Positions 36,399-43,714 of a stretch of DNA of 64,000 nt are shown here, piece by piece. Numbering within the stretch: the stretch's first letter is position 1; the number at the start of each line of letters is the position of its first letter. The notes below the pieces were generated by a model that was given only the letters and a program-made list of their open reading frames with translations, ran no database searches and was not told the DNA's origin. The DNA is from Gemmatimonadaceae bacterium (GTDB taxonomy: Bacteria; Gemmatimonadota; Gemmatimonadetes; Gemmatimonadales; Gemmatimonadaceae). A program made the position numbers and the translations under genes. The stretch spans positions 4,217 through 68,216 of the forward strand of contig JABFYH010000003.1 in NCBI GenBank assembly GCA_013361335.1, given 5' to 3'.

Positions 36399-37469
36399 AT
36401 GCGACCAAAAGAGGTGATCTTCAGGATCGCAAAGCGAGTCGGGGCGTTCGCGCTCGTGCGGGACAGCGAGTGGCGGCGGCTGCGCCTGTTGATTCTGTGC
36501 TATCACGGCGTGTCGCTCCGCGACGAGCACGAGTGGAACGGAGAGCTGTACGTGACGCCGGCGCATCTGCGCGAGCGGCTCCGGCTGTTGCGCGACCGCG
36601 GCTACACCATCCTGCCGCTCGACGAAGCATGTCGGATGCTGCGCGAGGACCGGCTTCCGCCCAGAAGCGTGTCGATCACCTTCGACGATGCGACAGTGGA
36701 CTTCGAGCGGGCGGCGCTTCCCATCCTGCGCGAGTTTCGCGCGCCGACCACGCTCTACCTGACGTCATTCTACACGGAATTCAGGATTCCCGTGTTCGAT
36801 ACCGTCCTCTCCTACGTGCTCTGGAAGGGGCGGGGGAGCGGCGCCGAGGTCGGTGCGCTGTGCGGCAGCCCCGACCCGCTTCCCATCGCGACGGCGGCCG
36901 ATCGCGAGCGTGCGCATGCCAGGCTCCGCTGCCATGCGGCGACGTACTCGCTCGACGCGCTGGCCAAGGATGCGCTGGTGGCGCGGGTCGCCGCGTGCGT
37001 CGGCGTGGACTATGCCGAGATTCTCTCGAGCGAGATCCTCCAGCTCATGACGCCGGCCAGCGTGGCTGCGCTGCCGCATGATCTGGTGAACGTGCAGATG
37101 CACACGCACCGCCACCGCGCACCGCGCGAGCGTGTCCTCTTCCGTCGCGAGCTGACGGACAATGCCTGCCGGATCATCGAGATGCGGGGAGCGGACTCGC
37201 GGCTCACCCACTTCTGCTACCCGAACGGCGAGTATCGCGGCGACCTCCTGCGCTGGCTGAGCGAGTTCGGCGTGGAGTTCGCGACGACCTGCCTGCCCGG
37301 CATCGCGAGCACCCACGACCATCCGCTGCTGCTCCCCCGATTCGTCGACAACTGCCTGCAGTCGCCCACGACGTTCGAGGCCTGGGCGAGCGGCTTCGCC
37401 GCGCTGCTGCCGAAGAGCCGACAGTATCGGATCGACGACGACCTGTTGCGCGTGGGCGCGAGTGGCTGA
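36399..37469 (+). CDS. Polysaccharide deacetylase (NodB-fold), PEP-CTERM-locus type
   Basis: LCYHGVS, NodB motif 1 SITFDDATVDF, motif 2 HTHRH. ATG 36399 is chosen because the ORF-track start 36246 lies inside the upstream terminator. Confidence 0.8.
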   Translation: MRPKEVIFRIAKRVGAFALVRDSEWRRLRLLILCYHGVSLRDEHEWNGELYVTPAHLRERLRLLRDRGYTILPLDEACRMLREDRLPPRSVSITFDDATVDFERAALPILREFRAPTTLYLTSFYTEFRIPVFDTVLSYVLWKGRGSGAEVGALCGSPDPLPIATAADRERAHARLRCHAATYSLDALAKDALVARVAACVGVDYAEILSSEILQLMTPASVAALPHDLVNVQMHTHRHRAPRERVLFRRELTDNACRIIEMRGADSRLTHFCYPNGEYRGDLLRWLSEFGVEFATTCLPGIASTHDHPLLLPRFVDNCLQSPTTFEAWASGFAALLPKSRQYRIDDDLLRVGASG

Positions 37470-38181
37470 CGACGCGCTCCCGCCATCGTCGGGGGGCGCA
37501 CACAGCGAGCGCGCGTCGGCCGCGGCGGGCGAGACGATCGCGTGGGTCGGCCCCTTCGCCGTCTTCGCGCTCTGGCTCGCGCTCGACACGCGGCTTCCGC
37601 TCGCCAATCCGGCGAAGGAGGTCGCGCGCGATCTCGTGCTGCTTGCCGCGATCGTCGGATTTTCCTGGCGGATCCTCCCGCGGCGGATCTCGCACTGGCT
37701 GCCGAGCATCGCGCTGGGGCTCGCCGTGTTCGCACTCTGGGTCGCACCCGATCTGCTCGTCCCCGGATGGCGCCGCCACTGGCTCTTTCAGAACGGGATC
37801 ACCGGGCAGCTCACGACGTCGATCCCGCCGGCCGATCTGACGGCCTTCATGCTCGTGCTGCGGACGGCGCGAGCCGCGCTGCTGGTTCCGATCATCGAAG
37901 AGCTGTTCTGGCGCGGCTGGCTCCCGCGCTGGCTGCAGAACACGCGGTTCGAGCGCGTCCCCCTCGGGCAGTACTCGGCCTTCGCCTTCTGGGCGACGGC
38001 GGTGCTCTTCGCGCTCGAGCATGGGCCGTTCTGGGAGGTCGGCCTGCTGTGCGGCATCGTCTACAACTGGTGGATGCGCCGCACGCGATCGCTCGGCGAT
38101 CTCATGCTCGTGCATGCGGTGACGAATCTCGCGCTGTCACTCTTCGTGATCGCGACGGGCCGTTGGACCTTCTGGATGTGA
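37462..38181 (+). CDS. CPBP (CAAX protease/bacteriocin-processing) family intramembrane glutamic endopeptidase
   Basis: Motif 1 IIEELFWRGWLPRW, motif 2 LFALEHG, motif 3 LVHAVTNL, and 6-7 TM segments. The GTG start overlaps the deacetylase gene by 8 nt. Confidence 0.8.
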   Translation: MADDALPPSSGGAHSERASAAAGETIAWVGPFAVFALWLALDTRLPLANPAKEVARDLVLLAAIVGFSWRILPRRISHWLPSIALGLAVFALWVAPDLLVPGWRRHWLFQNGITGQLTTSIPPADLTAFMLVLRTARAALLVPIIEELFWRGWLPRWLQNTRFERVPLGQYSAFAFWATAVLFALEHGPFWEVGLLCGIVYNWWMRRTRSLGDLMLVHAVTNLALSLFVIATGRWTFWM

Positions 38182-38191
38182 GCCACCAAAC

Positions 38192-38227
38192 GACGCGAGG
38201 GCCGGCAAGGATGCCGGCCCTCGCGTC
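38192..38227. terminator. Bidirectional terminator hairpin between convergent CPBP and PEP-CTERM genes
   Basis: GACGCGAGGGCCGGCA (38192-38207), loop AGGA, TGCCGGCCCTCGCGTC (38212-38227). The 16-bp stem is perfect. The minus-strand transcript continues GUUUGGUGG. Confidence 0.65.
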
Positions 38228-38239
38228 CCGCTGCCACCG

Positions 38240-39013
38240 CTAGCGCCGCGTCTTCCGTCGCCGCATGAGGGCGATCCCCGCGAGCCCGGTCGCGACGAGC
38301 GTCATCGTCATCGGTTCCGGCACCGTGGTCGTGGGCGGCACGACGGGTGGTGTCACCGGCGGGACCTCCGGGGGCGTGACCGGCGGGGTCGTCGGCGGGG
38401 TCGTCGGCGGCGTCGTCGGCGGGGTCGTCGGCGGCGTCGTCGGTGGCGTCGTCGGTGGCGTCGTCGGTGGCGTCGTTGGCGGCGTCGTTGGCGGCGTCGT
38501 TGGCGGCGTCGTCGGCGGCGTCGTTGGCGGCGTCGTTGGCGGCGTCGTTGGCGGCGTCGTTGGCGGCGTCGTTGGCGGCGTCGTTGGCGGCGTCGTCGGC
38601 GGCACCTCCGGAATCACCGTGGGTGGAGTGTCTCCACCGCCACCGTTGCCGTGATCCAGGTTGCTCGCCAGGATGCCCGCGCCGAGCAGGCCGAGCAGCG
38701 GAAACCAGGGCAGACCGCGGGAGGACGCCACCGGTGCGCGCTCGACGATCACCGTGCCGGGGCCCGCCTCCGTGAGGACGATATCCGACACGAGACGCTC
38801 GGGCGGCAGCAGCACCTCCCTCTTGGTGCCGGGCACCAGGACCGTCACCGGCGGCTTCGGCGGGGTCGGTACCTGCTCTTCCTTCTTCAGCGGAATGCTG
38901 ACGTCGCTCTTGGCCCGCTTCTCCGCGACCTTTTGCGCGCCCGCTGCTGGCCCCATGAGGCTGGCAAGCACGAGCGTGCATTCCAACGTCCGCCACGACG
39001 ACCGTCTCAGCAT
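38240..39013 (-). CDS. PEP-CTERM protein with an 18-unit Pro/Thr (PPTT) repeat stalk
   Basis: Signal peptide MLRRSSWRTLECTLVLASLMGPAAGA. An internal hydrophobic segment LPWFPLLGLLGAGILASNL, then G4, then the PPTT repeats, then the C-terminal VPEPMTMTLVATGLAGIALMRRRKTRR (PEP motif, TM, Arg cluster). Confidence 0.85.
   Translation of the reverse strand: MLRRSSWRTLECTLVLASLMGPAAGAQKVAEKRAKSDVSIPLKKEEQVPTPPKPPVTVLVPGTKREVLLPPERLVSDIVLTEAGPGTVIVERAPVASSRGLPWFPLLGLLGAGILASNLDHGNGGGGDTPPTVIPEVPPTTPPTTPPTTPPTTPPTTPPTTPPTTPPTTPPTTPPTTPPTTPPTTPPTTPPTTPPTTPPTTPPTTPPTTPPVTPPEVPPVTPPVVPPTTTVPEPMTMTLVATGLAGIALMRRRKTRR
38388..38603 (-). repeat. 18 tandem 12-bp units (GTCGTYGGNGGN on the plus strand) encoding the PPTT repeat
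   Basis: The units are in phase from 38388 to 38603. They fall into sub-blocks of identical units: GTCGTCGGTGGC x3, GTCGTTGGCGGC x3, then x6. Degenerate copies flank both ends. Confidence 0.95.
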
Positions 39014-39170
39014 TGCATCTCCCTGCTGCATCCACACTCGCGACACGCGCCGGAAGCATCCCGGTATCGTCGCACCTAGGGGCCCCTAGTGCTCAAAGCG
39101 TGCCACCAACGGATGAGCTCCCGAGGACACTCCCCATGGTCCTGCTCGCCAAAGGCACCGCGACATCGCA

Positions 39171-39440
39171 TCACCCGCCCCTGTGAAGACCTCGTCGTCG
39201 CACGACACGCCACAAGAGCGTGAGAATCGTTGCAGCCGCCAGCCCGCCGAGCAACACCCCAGCGTCGAGACCGCCCTTCCTGATGCGTCCGCTCGATGAG
39301 GCAACCGTAATGACCTTCGCGCCCCGCGCCGGAGCGGAGGGCATGCGCGTGTCGACAATCACGCGCGGGAGCTCGGGCGCTCGAGGCCCACCGCTCCGAC
39401 CATCAGTGGGACGAGCGACGGGCGCCGATCGTTGCATCAT
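39171..39440 (-). CDS. Possible small membrane protein coupled to the natB-like gene
   Basis: The 89-aa ORF has its ATG (39440) overlapping the natB-like stop (ATGA). It ends with a hydrophobic helix GVLLGGLAAATILTLLW followed by RVVRRRG. GC3 is only about 70%, so coding status is uncertain. Confidence 0.3.
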   Translation of the reverse strand: MMQRSAPVARPTDGRSGGPRAPELPRVIVDTRMPSAPARGAKVITVASSSGRIRKGGLDAGVLLGGLAAATILTLLWRVVRRRGLHRGG

Positions 39441-40744
39441 CCGGCGTGGCGCACCCAACGGGCGAGCTCACCGAACGTCGGGCGCTTGCCGTACATCAAC
39501 AGCCCCACGCGATAGATCCGCGCCGATACCCAGATGGCGGCGAGACACGCCACGACTACGCCGGCGAGCGAGCCCGCCACCTCGTACCAGGGCACGGACA
39601 CGAGCGTCATGCGCAGCGGCATGAGGATGGGCGCGGAGAAGGGCAGCAGCGACATCGTCCGCGCGAGCGCGCTCCCCGGATTCGTCGTGATCGGCGTCAT
39701 GAAGATGACGGTCGAGACGAGCAGCAGCATCACCGGCATCGACGCCTGCTGCACGTCTTCCTGACTGTTCACCATCGCGCCGATGGCGGCGAACAGCGAC
39801 GCGTAGAAGATGAACCCCAACACGAAATACAGCAGCAGCGCGCCGAGGGCAGGCACCGAAATCGACGGTATCGCGCTCGCGGCGAACGCACCGGCGCCAA
39901 GCTTCTTCGCCAGCAGGGGCCCGCCGTACACCGCCAGCGCGATCGAGAGCGCGACCCACGCCAGCACCTGCGTCACCGCCACGAGACCGATCCCGAAGAT
40001 CTTGCCGGCGAGCAGCGTGTCGGTGTCGACGCTCGACACCACCACCTCGGCCACGCGCGTCGTCTTCTCCTCCATGACGCCGCGCAGCACCGTCTGACCG
40101 TAGAGCACGATCATCATGTACAGCAGGAGCGCGACGATGTACCCCAGAAACGCGGCGCCGAGCCCGCTCCCCTGTTCGCGGCCGCTGTCGCCGATGCGCT
40201 CCGTACGCACCTCCAGCCGCGTGCCCGTCAGGGCGGCGACGCGCTTCGCGTCGATCCCCTCGGACTGCAGCCGCTGCGCGAGCACCTGCTGCCGGACGAT
40301 GCTCGTGATCTGCTCCACGTCGCCGATGGAGCCGGCGTTGCGCCCGGCGTAGCGCGCCGAGGTGCCGGCCACGGTGGTCGAATCGAGCACGAGGTAGCCG
40401 CGCGTCTCCTTGTCGCGCACGGCGAGCATCGCGCGGTCCTCCTCCGCGCCGATCGAGGCGGCGTCTACCGAGCGGACCTGCGGCACCGGCGAGAGGGGAA
40501 AGCGCTGCCGGAGCGCGCCGGCGACGCGCTCGCCGATCCCCGATCCGGTCGCGTCGATGATGGTGACGTTGGCGAGATCGGTCGATGCGTGGGTCTTCGT
40601 CGAGATCAGGATCGGCAACACGGTGATCATGGCGAAGAACACCGGGCCGAGCAGGGTGCCGACGAGGAACCACTTCGAGCGGACGCGCTCGAGGTATTCC
40701 CGCTTGAAGACGACACCGAGCTTCCGCAGGCTAACCTTGTCCAC
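39437..40744 (-). CDS. ABC-2 family transporter permease (NatB-like)
   Basis: An N-terminal TM, then an extracytoplasmic domain of about 150 aa, then 5 C-terminal TMs. The GTG start overlaps the ATPase gene by 14 nt. Confidence 0.75.
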   Translation of the reverse strand: MDKVSLRKLGVVFKREYLERVRSKWFLVGTLLGPVFFAMITVLPILISTKTHASTDLANVTIIDATGSGIGERVAGALRQRFPLSPVPQVRSVDAASIGAEEDRAMLAVRDKETRGYLVLDSTTVAGTSARYAGRNAGSIGDVEQITSIVRQQVLAQRLQSEGIDAKRVAALTGTRLEVRTERIGDSGREQGSGLGAAFLGYIVALLLYMMIVLYGQTVLRGVMEEKTTRVAEVVVSSVDTDTLLAGKIFGIGLVAVTQVLAWVALSIALAVYGGPLLAKKLGAGAFAASAIPSISVPALGALLLYFVLGFIFYASLFAAIGAMVNSQEDVQQASMPVMLLLVSTVIFMTPITTNPGSALARTMSLLPFSAPILMPLRMTLVSVPWYEVAGSLAGVVVACLAAIWVSARIYRVGLLMYGKRPTFGELARWVRHAG

Positions 40745-41696
40745 TCATCCCCTCCTCGACGCCGCTTGCGCCGACTCTCTCCAGGAAGATCTGGTGCAAC
40801 GAGGGCTGTACGAGCTCGAAGCGCTGGATCGCCGCGCCGGTCTCCACGACGCGCTGCAGGAGGCGCTGCGGATCGGCGCCCGGTGCGAGGTTGATCTCGT
40901 AGAAGCGGTTCTGGTCGTCGACGCGGGACACCAGCGTCCGGTCGGCCAGGATGTGCGCGATGGCCGGCCGCGACTCACCGCCCACGGCCAGGGCGATGAC
41001 GCGTCCTCCGTGCGCCGCCTTCACCGCGGTCACGGGCCCGTCGAGCACCTTGTCGCCGCGCGCGATGATGCACACCGCGTCGCACAGCCGCTCGGCGTTG
41101 TCCATCAGGTGGGTGCTGAAGATGACCGTCTTGCCGCGCGCCTTGAGGTCGACGACGGTGTCCTTGAGCGCCTGCGCGTTGATCGGATCGAGCCCCGAGA
41201 ACGGCTCATCGAGGATCACGAGATCGGGGTCGTGGAGCAGCGTGCCGATGAACTGGACCTTCTGCTGCATGCCGCGCGACAGCTCGTCGATCTTCGCGAG
41301 ACCCCAGTCCTTCTCCGGGGTGCGGAGCTGAAAGCGCTCGAGCCACTCCTCGATGCGCGCTTCCGCCAGCTTACCCGGCACGCCCTTGAGCTCCGCGAGA
41401 AAGCGGAGCACGCGTCGGACCTGCATCTTCTTGTAGAGGCCGCGCTCCTCGGGCAGATAGCCGATGCGGTCGGTGGCGCCGTTGGTGAGGTGCGGCTGCC
41501 CGAACAGCTCGATCGTCCCGCTGTCCGGGACGATGATGTTCAGGATCATGCGAATGGTGGTCGTCTTGCCGGCGCCGTTGGGGCCCAGGAGCCCGTAGAC
41601 GGCGCCGCGCGGCACCTGGAGCGAGAGGTCGCGCACCGCGACGTGCTCCGCGTACCGCTTGGCGACGTTCCGGATGTCGATCGCGAGGTCGGACAT
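40731..41696 (-). CDS. ABC transporter ATP-binding protein (NatA-like)
   Basis: Walker A LLGPNGAGKTTTIRM, signature LSRGMQQKVQF, Walker B LVILDEPFSGLD. The start is ATG 41696; the longer ORF-track N-terminus is Arg/Gly-rich shadow sequence. Confidence 0.85.
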   Translation of the reverse strand: MSDLAIDIRNVAKRYAEHVAVRDLSLQVPRGAVYGLLGPNGAGKTTTIRMILNIIVPDSGTIELFGQPHLTNGATDRIGYLPEERGLYKKMQVRRVLRFLAELKGVPGKLAEARIEEWLERFQLRTPEKDWGLAKIDELSRGMQQKVQFIGTLLHDPDLVILDEPFSGLDPINAQALKDTVVDLKARGKTVIFSTHLMDNAERLCDAVCIIARGDKVLDGPVTAVKAAHGGRVIALAVGGESRPAIAHILADRTLVSRVDDQNRFYEINLAPGADPQRLLQRVVETGAAIQRFELVQPSLHQIFLERVGASGVEEGMSGQG

Positions 41697-41819
41697 GGAT
41701 GCGGGTTGAGGGCTGCCCAATATACGACCGGGGCTCACTCCTGTTACGGCGTCGTCGCCGCCCTTGCTGACCGCGTCGCCCGGCCGCGAGATTCGCGGCG
41801 TGCCTGCACATCCGCATCC

Positions 41820-42623
41820 ATGAACGGTCGACCGGCGCACCGTCTCGCCGCGGCGGGGGTGGCCGTCGGGTCGCTGCTGTTGCTCGGGCTGCTGGTGCTC
41901 CCCGTGAGCGCGCTCGTGCTGCGCGGCGGTGCGGCCGGGTTCCGCCAGCTCGGCACCGACGCCGAGCTCCGCGCGTCGCTGCTCCTGACGGCATCTACCG
42001 CCACGCTGGCCACCCTCGTGGCGGTGGTGCTCGGTACGCCGATCGCCTGGCTCCTCGCGCGCGGGCGCATGCCCGCCGCCGCGCTGGTGGGCGCCCTGCT
42101 CGATCTGCCCCTGCTCATCCCGCATCCCGTGGCGGGGATCGCGCTGCTGCTCGCGTTCGGCCGCGCGAGTCCGTTGGGCGGCGCGCTCGACCGGGCGGGG
42201 ATCGCGCTCCTGGGGAGCCCGCTCGCCATCGGCCTGGCGATGCTGTTCGTGGCGGCCCCGCTGTACGTCAGCGCCGCGCGCGAGGCGATCGCTCGAGTGG
42301 ATGCGCGGTACGAGTCGGTGGCGCGCACGCTCGGCGATTCCGCGTGGCGCGCGGCCTGGCGCGTCACTCGCCCCCTGGCCGGCCGCGGCCTCGTCGCGGC
42401 GGCGGTCGTGATGTGGGCGCGCGCGGCGAGCGAGTTCGGCGCGATCGTGATCCTCACCTACAATCCCAAGGTCGCGAGCGTGTTGAGCTACGACCGCTTC
42501 AACGCCTTCGGGCTCGACGCCGCGCTTCCCGTGGCCGCGGTGCTCGTGCTGCTCGCCGTGATCCCGCTCCTGGTGCTTCGCTCGCTGCGGGTCCGCGCCG
42601 CGCTCGGCGAGCCGGCGCGATGA
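41820..42623 (+). CDS. ABC transporter permease, molybdate/tungstate/sulfate (ModB/WtpB-like) type
   Basis: Only the last 267 codons of the 737-aa ORF are plausible. They contain LLIPHPVAGIALLLAFGR, an EAA-like loop AAREAIARVDARYESVARTLG, and ASEFGAIVIL. Confidence 0.7.
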   Translation: MNGRPAHRLAAAGVAVGSLLLLGLLVLPVSALVLRGGAAGFRQLGTDAELRASLLLTASTATLATLVAVVLGTPIAWLLARGRMPAAALVGALLDLPLLIPHPVAGIALLLAFGRASPLGGALDRAGIALLGSPLAIGLAMLFVAAPLYVSAAREAIARVDARYESVARTLGDSAWRAAWRVTRPLAGRGLVAAAVVMWARAASEFGAIVILTYNPKVASVLSYDRFNAFGLDAALPVAAVLVLLAVIPLLVLRSLRVRAALGEPAR

Positions 42624-43669
42624 TCGAGGCGCGCGCGCTGGGGACGCAGGCTGGCGCCTTCGCGCTGTCCGGCGTCAGCTTCACCCTCCCGCGCGGCGCG
42701 TGGGGGATCGTGCTCGGACCCGCCGGGGCGGGGAAGACCACCCTTCTCGAGACGATCGCCGGCGTGCGCCCCGCGACCACCGGCCAGGTGCTGCTGCGCG
42801 ACGTGGACGTCACGCGCCTCGCGCCCGAGCAGCGCCGCCTGGGGATCGTGTATCAGCACGGCTATCTCTTTCCGCACCTCAGCGTCGAGGCGAACGTGCG
42901 CTACGGTGCGACCGACCGTGCGCACGCCGCGATGGTGAGCGAACGACTCGGCGTGACGCCGCTCTACGAGCGGACCGTCGGCAGCCTGAGCGGAGGGGAG
43001 CGGCAGGTCGTCGCGCTCGCGCGGGCGCTCGGCCCGCGGCCGGACATCCTCCTCCTGGACGAGCCCTTCGCGGCGCTCGATCCACGTCGTCGCACCCGGG
43101 TGCGACGCGAGCTGCACGCGATGCAGCGCGAGCTGGGCTTCACGGTGCTGCAGGTGACGCACGACTTCGGCGAGGCGGGCACCCTGGGCGATCTCGCGCT
43201 GCTCGTGGAGGAGGGGCGGTTGGTGCAGGCGGCGCCACCGGCGCAGCTCTTTCGTCGCCCCGCGACCGCGGCGATCGCCGAGTTCCTCGGCGCCGAGAAC
43301 GTCTATGCGGGCACGGCGGAGACGGTCGATCGTGGTGGGCAGTCGGGACCCGACACCGTGCGGTTCCAGACCGGCGGCCTGACGCTGATCGGGATCGGGA
43401 CGTACGACGGGGAGCGGCGGCACGCCGTCGTCCGGGGCGAGGACGTGGTGCTGGCACGGTCGCGGCCCGGTGCGAGCTCCGCGCGCAACGTGCTCGACGG
43501 CGTCGTCGTCGAGATCGCGCCGGAAGGTGCCCTCGCGCGGGTCACCGTCGACGTCGCCGGTGTACCGCTCGTCGCATGCCTCACCACGGCGTCGGTGGCC
43601 GAGCTCGGTTTGCGTCAGGGTGTGCCCGTGGTCGCGATGGTCAAGGCGACGGCGGTGCATCTCTGCTAG
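42620..43669 (+). CDS. ABC transporter ATP-binding protein with a TOBE-like C-terminal domain (ModC/WtpC-like)
   Basis: Walker A VLGPAGAGKTTLLE, signature LSGGERQVVALARAL, Walker B ILLLDEPFAALD. The C-terminal NVLDGVVVEI...VVAMVKATAVHL is TOBE-like. The ATG overlaps the permease stop (ATGA). Confidence 0.8.
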   Translation: MIEARALGTQAGAFALSGVSFTLPRGAWGIVLGPAGAGKTTLLETIAGVRPATTGQVLLRDVDVTRLAPEQRRLGIVYQHGYLFPHLSVEANVRYGATDRAHAAMVSERLGVTPLYERTVGSLSGGERQVVALARALGPRPDILLLDEPFAALDPRRRTRVRRELHAMQRELGFTVLQVTHDFGEAGTLGDLALLVEEGRLVQAAPPAQLFRRPATAAIAEFLGAENVYAGTAETVDRGGQSGPDTVRFQTGGLTLIGIGTYDGERRHAVVRGEDVVLARSRPGASSARNVLDGVVVEIAPEGALARVTVDVAGVPLVACLTTASVAELGLRQGVPVVAMVKATAVHLC

Positions 43670-43714
43670 AGCGGATCGCTCGGCGGTAGTTGCTCGCCCG
43701 TCGCGGCGGTCGTC

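Noticed and set aside
38388-38603. The 12-bp tandem repeats (and the 7/8-bp arrays at 34631, 51324, 51431 and 59431) considered as CRISPR arrays.
   Set aside because: The units are far too short, they are directly abutting with no spacers, and there are no cas genes. The 12-bp array is in frame inside a coding sequence.
39076-39089. The 14-bp perfect palindrome CTAGGGGCCCCTAG upstream of the PPTT-repeat PEP-CTERM gene.
   Set aside because: With no loop it can form at best a 5-bp hairpin. It is a single occurrence and could be chance in GC-rich DNA. It is noted only as a possible operator.
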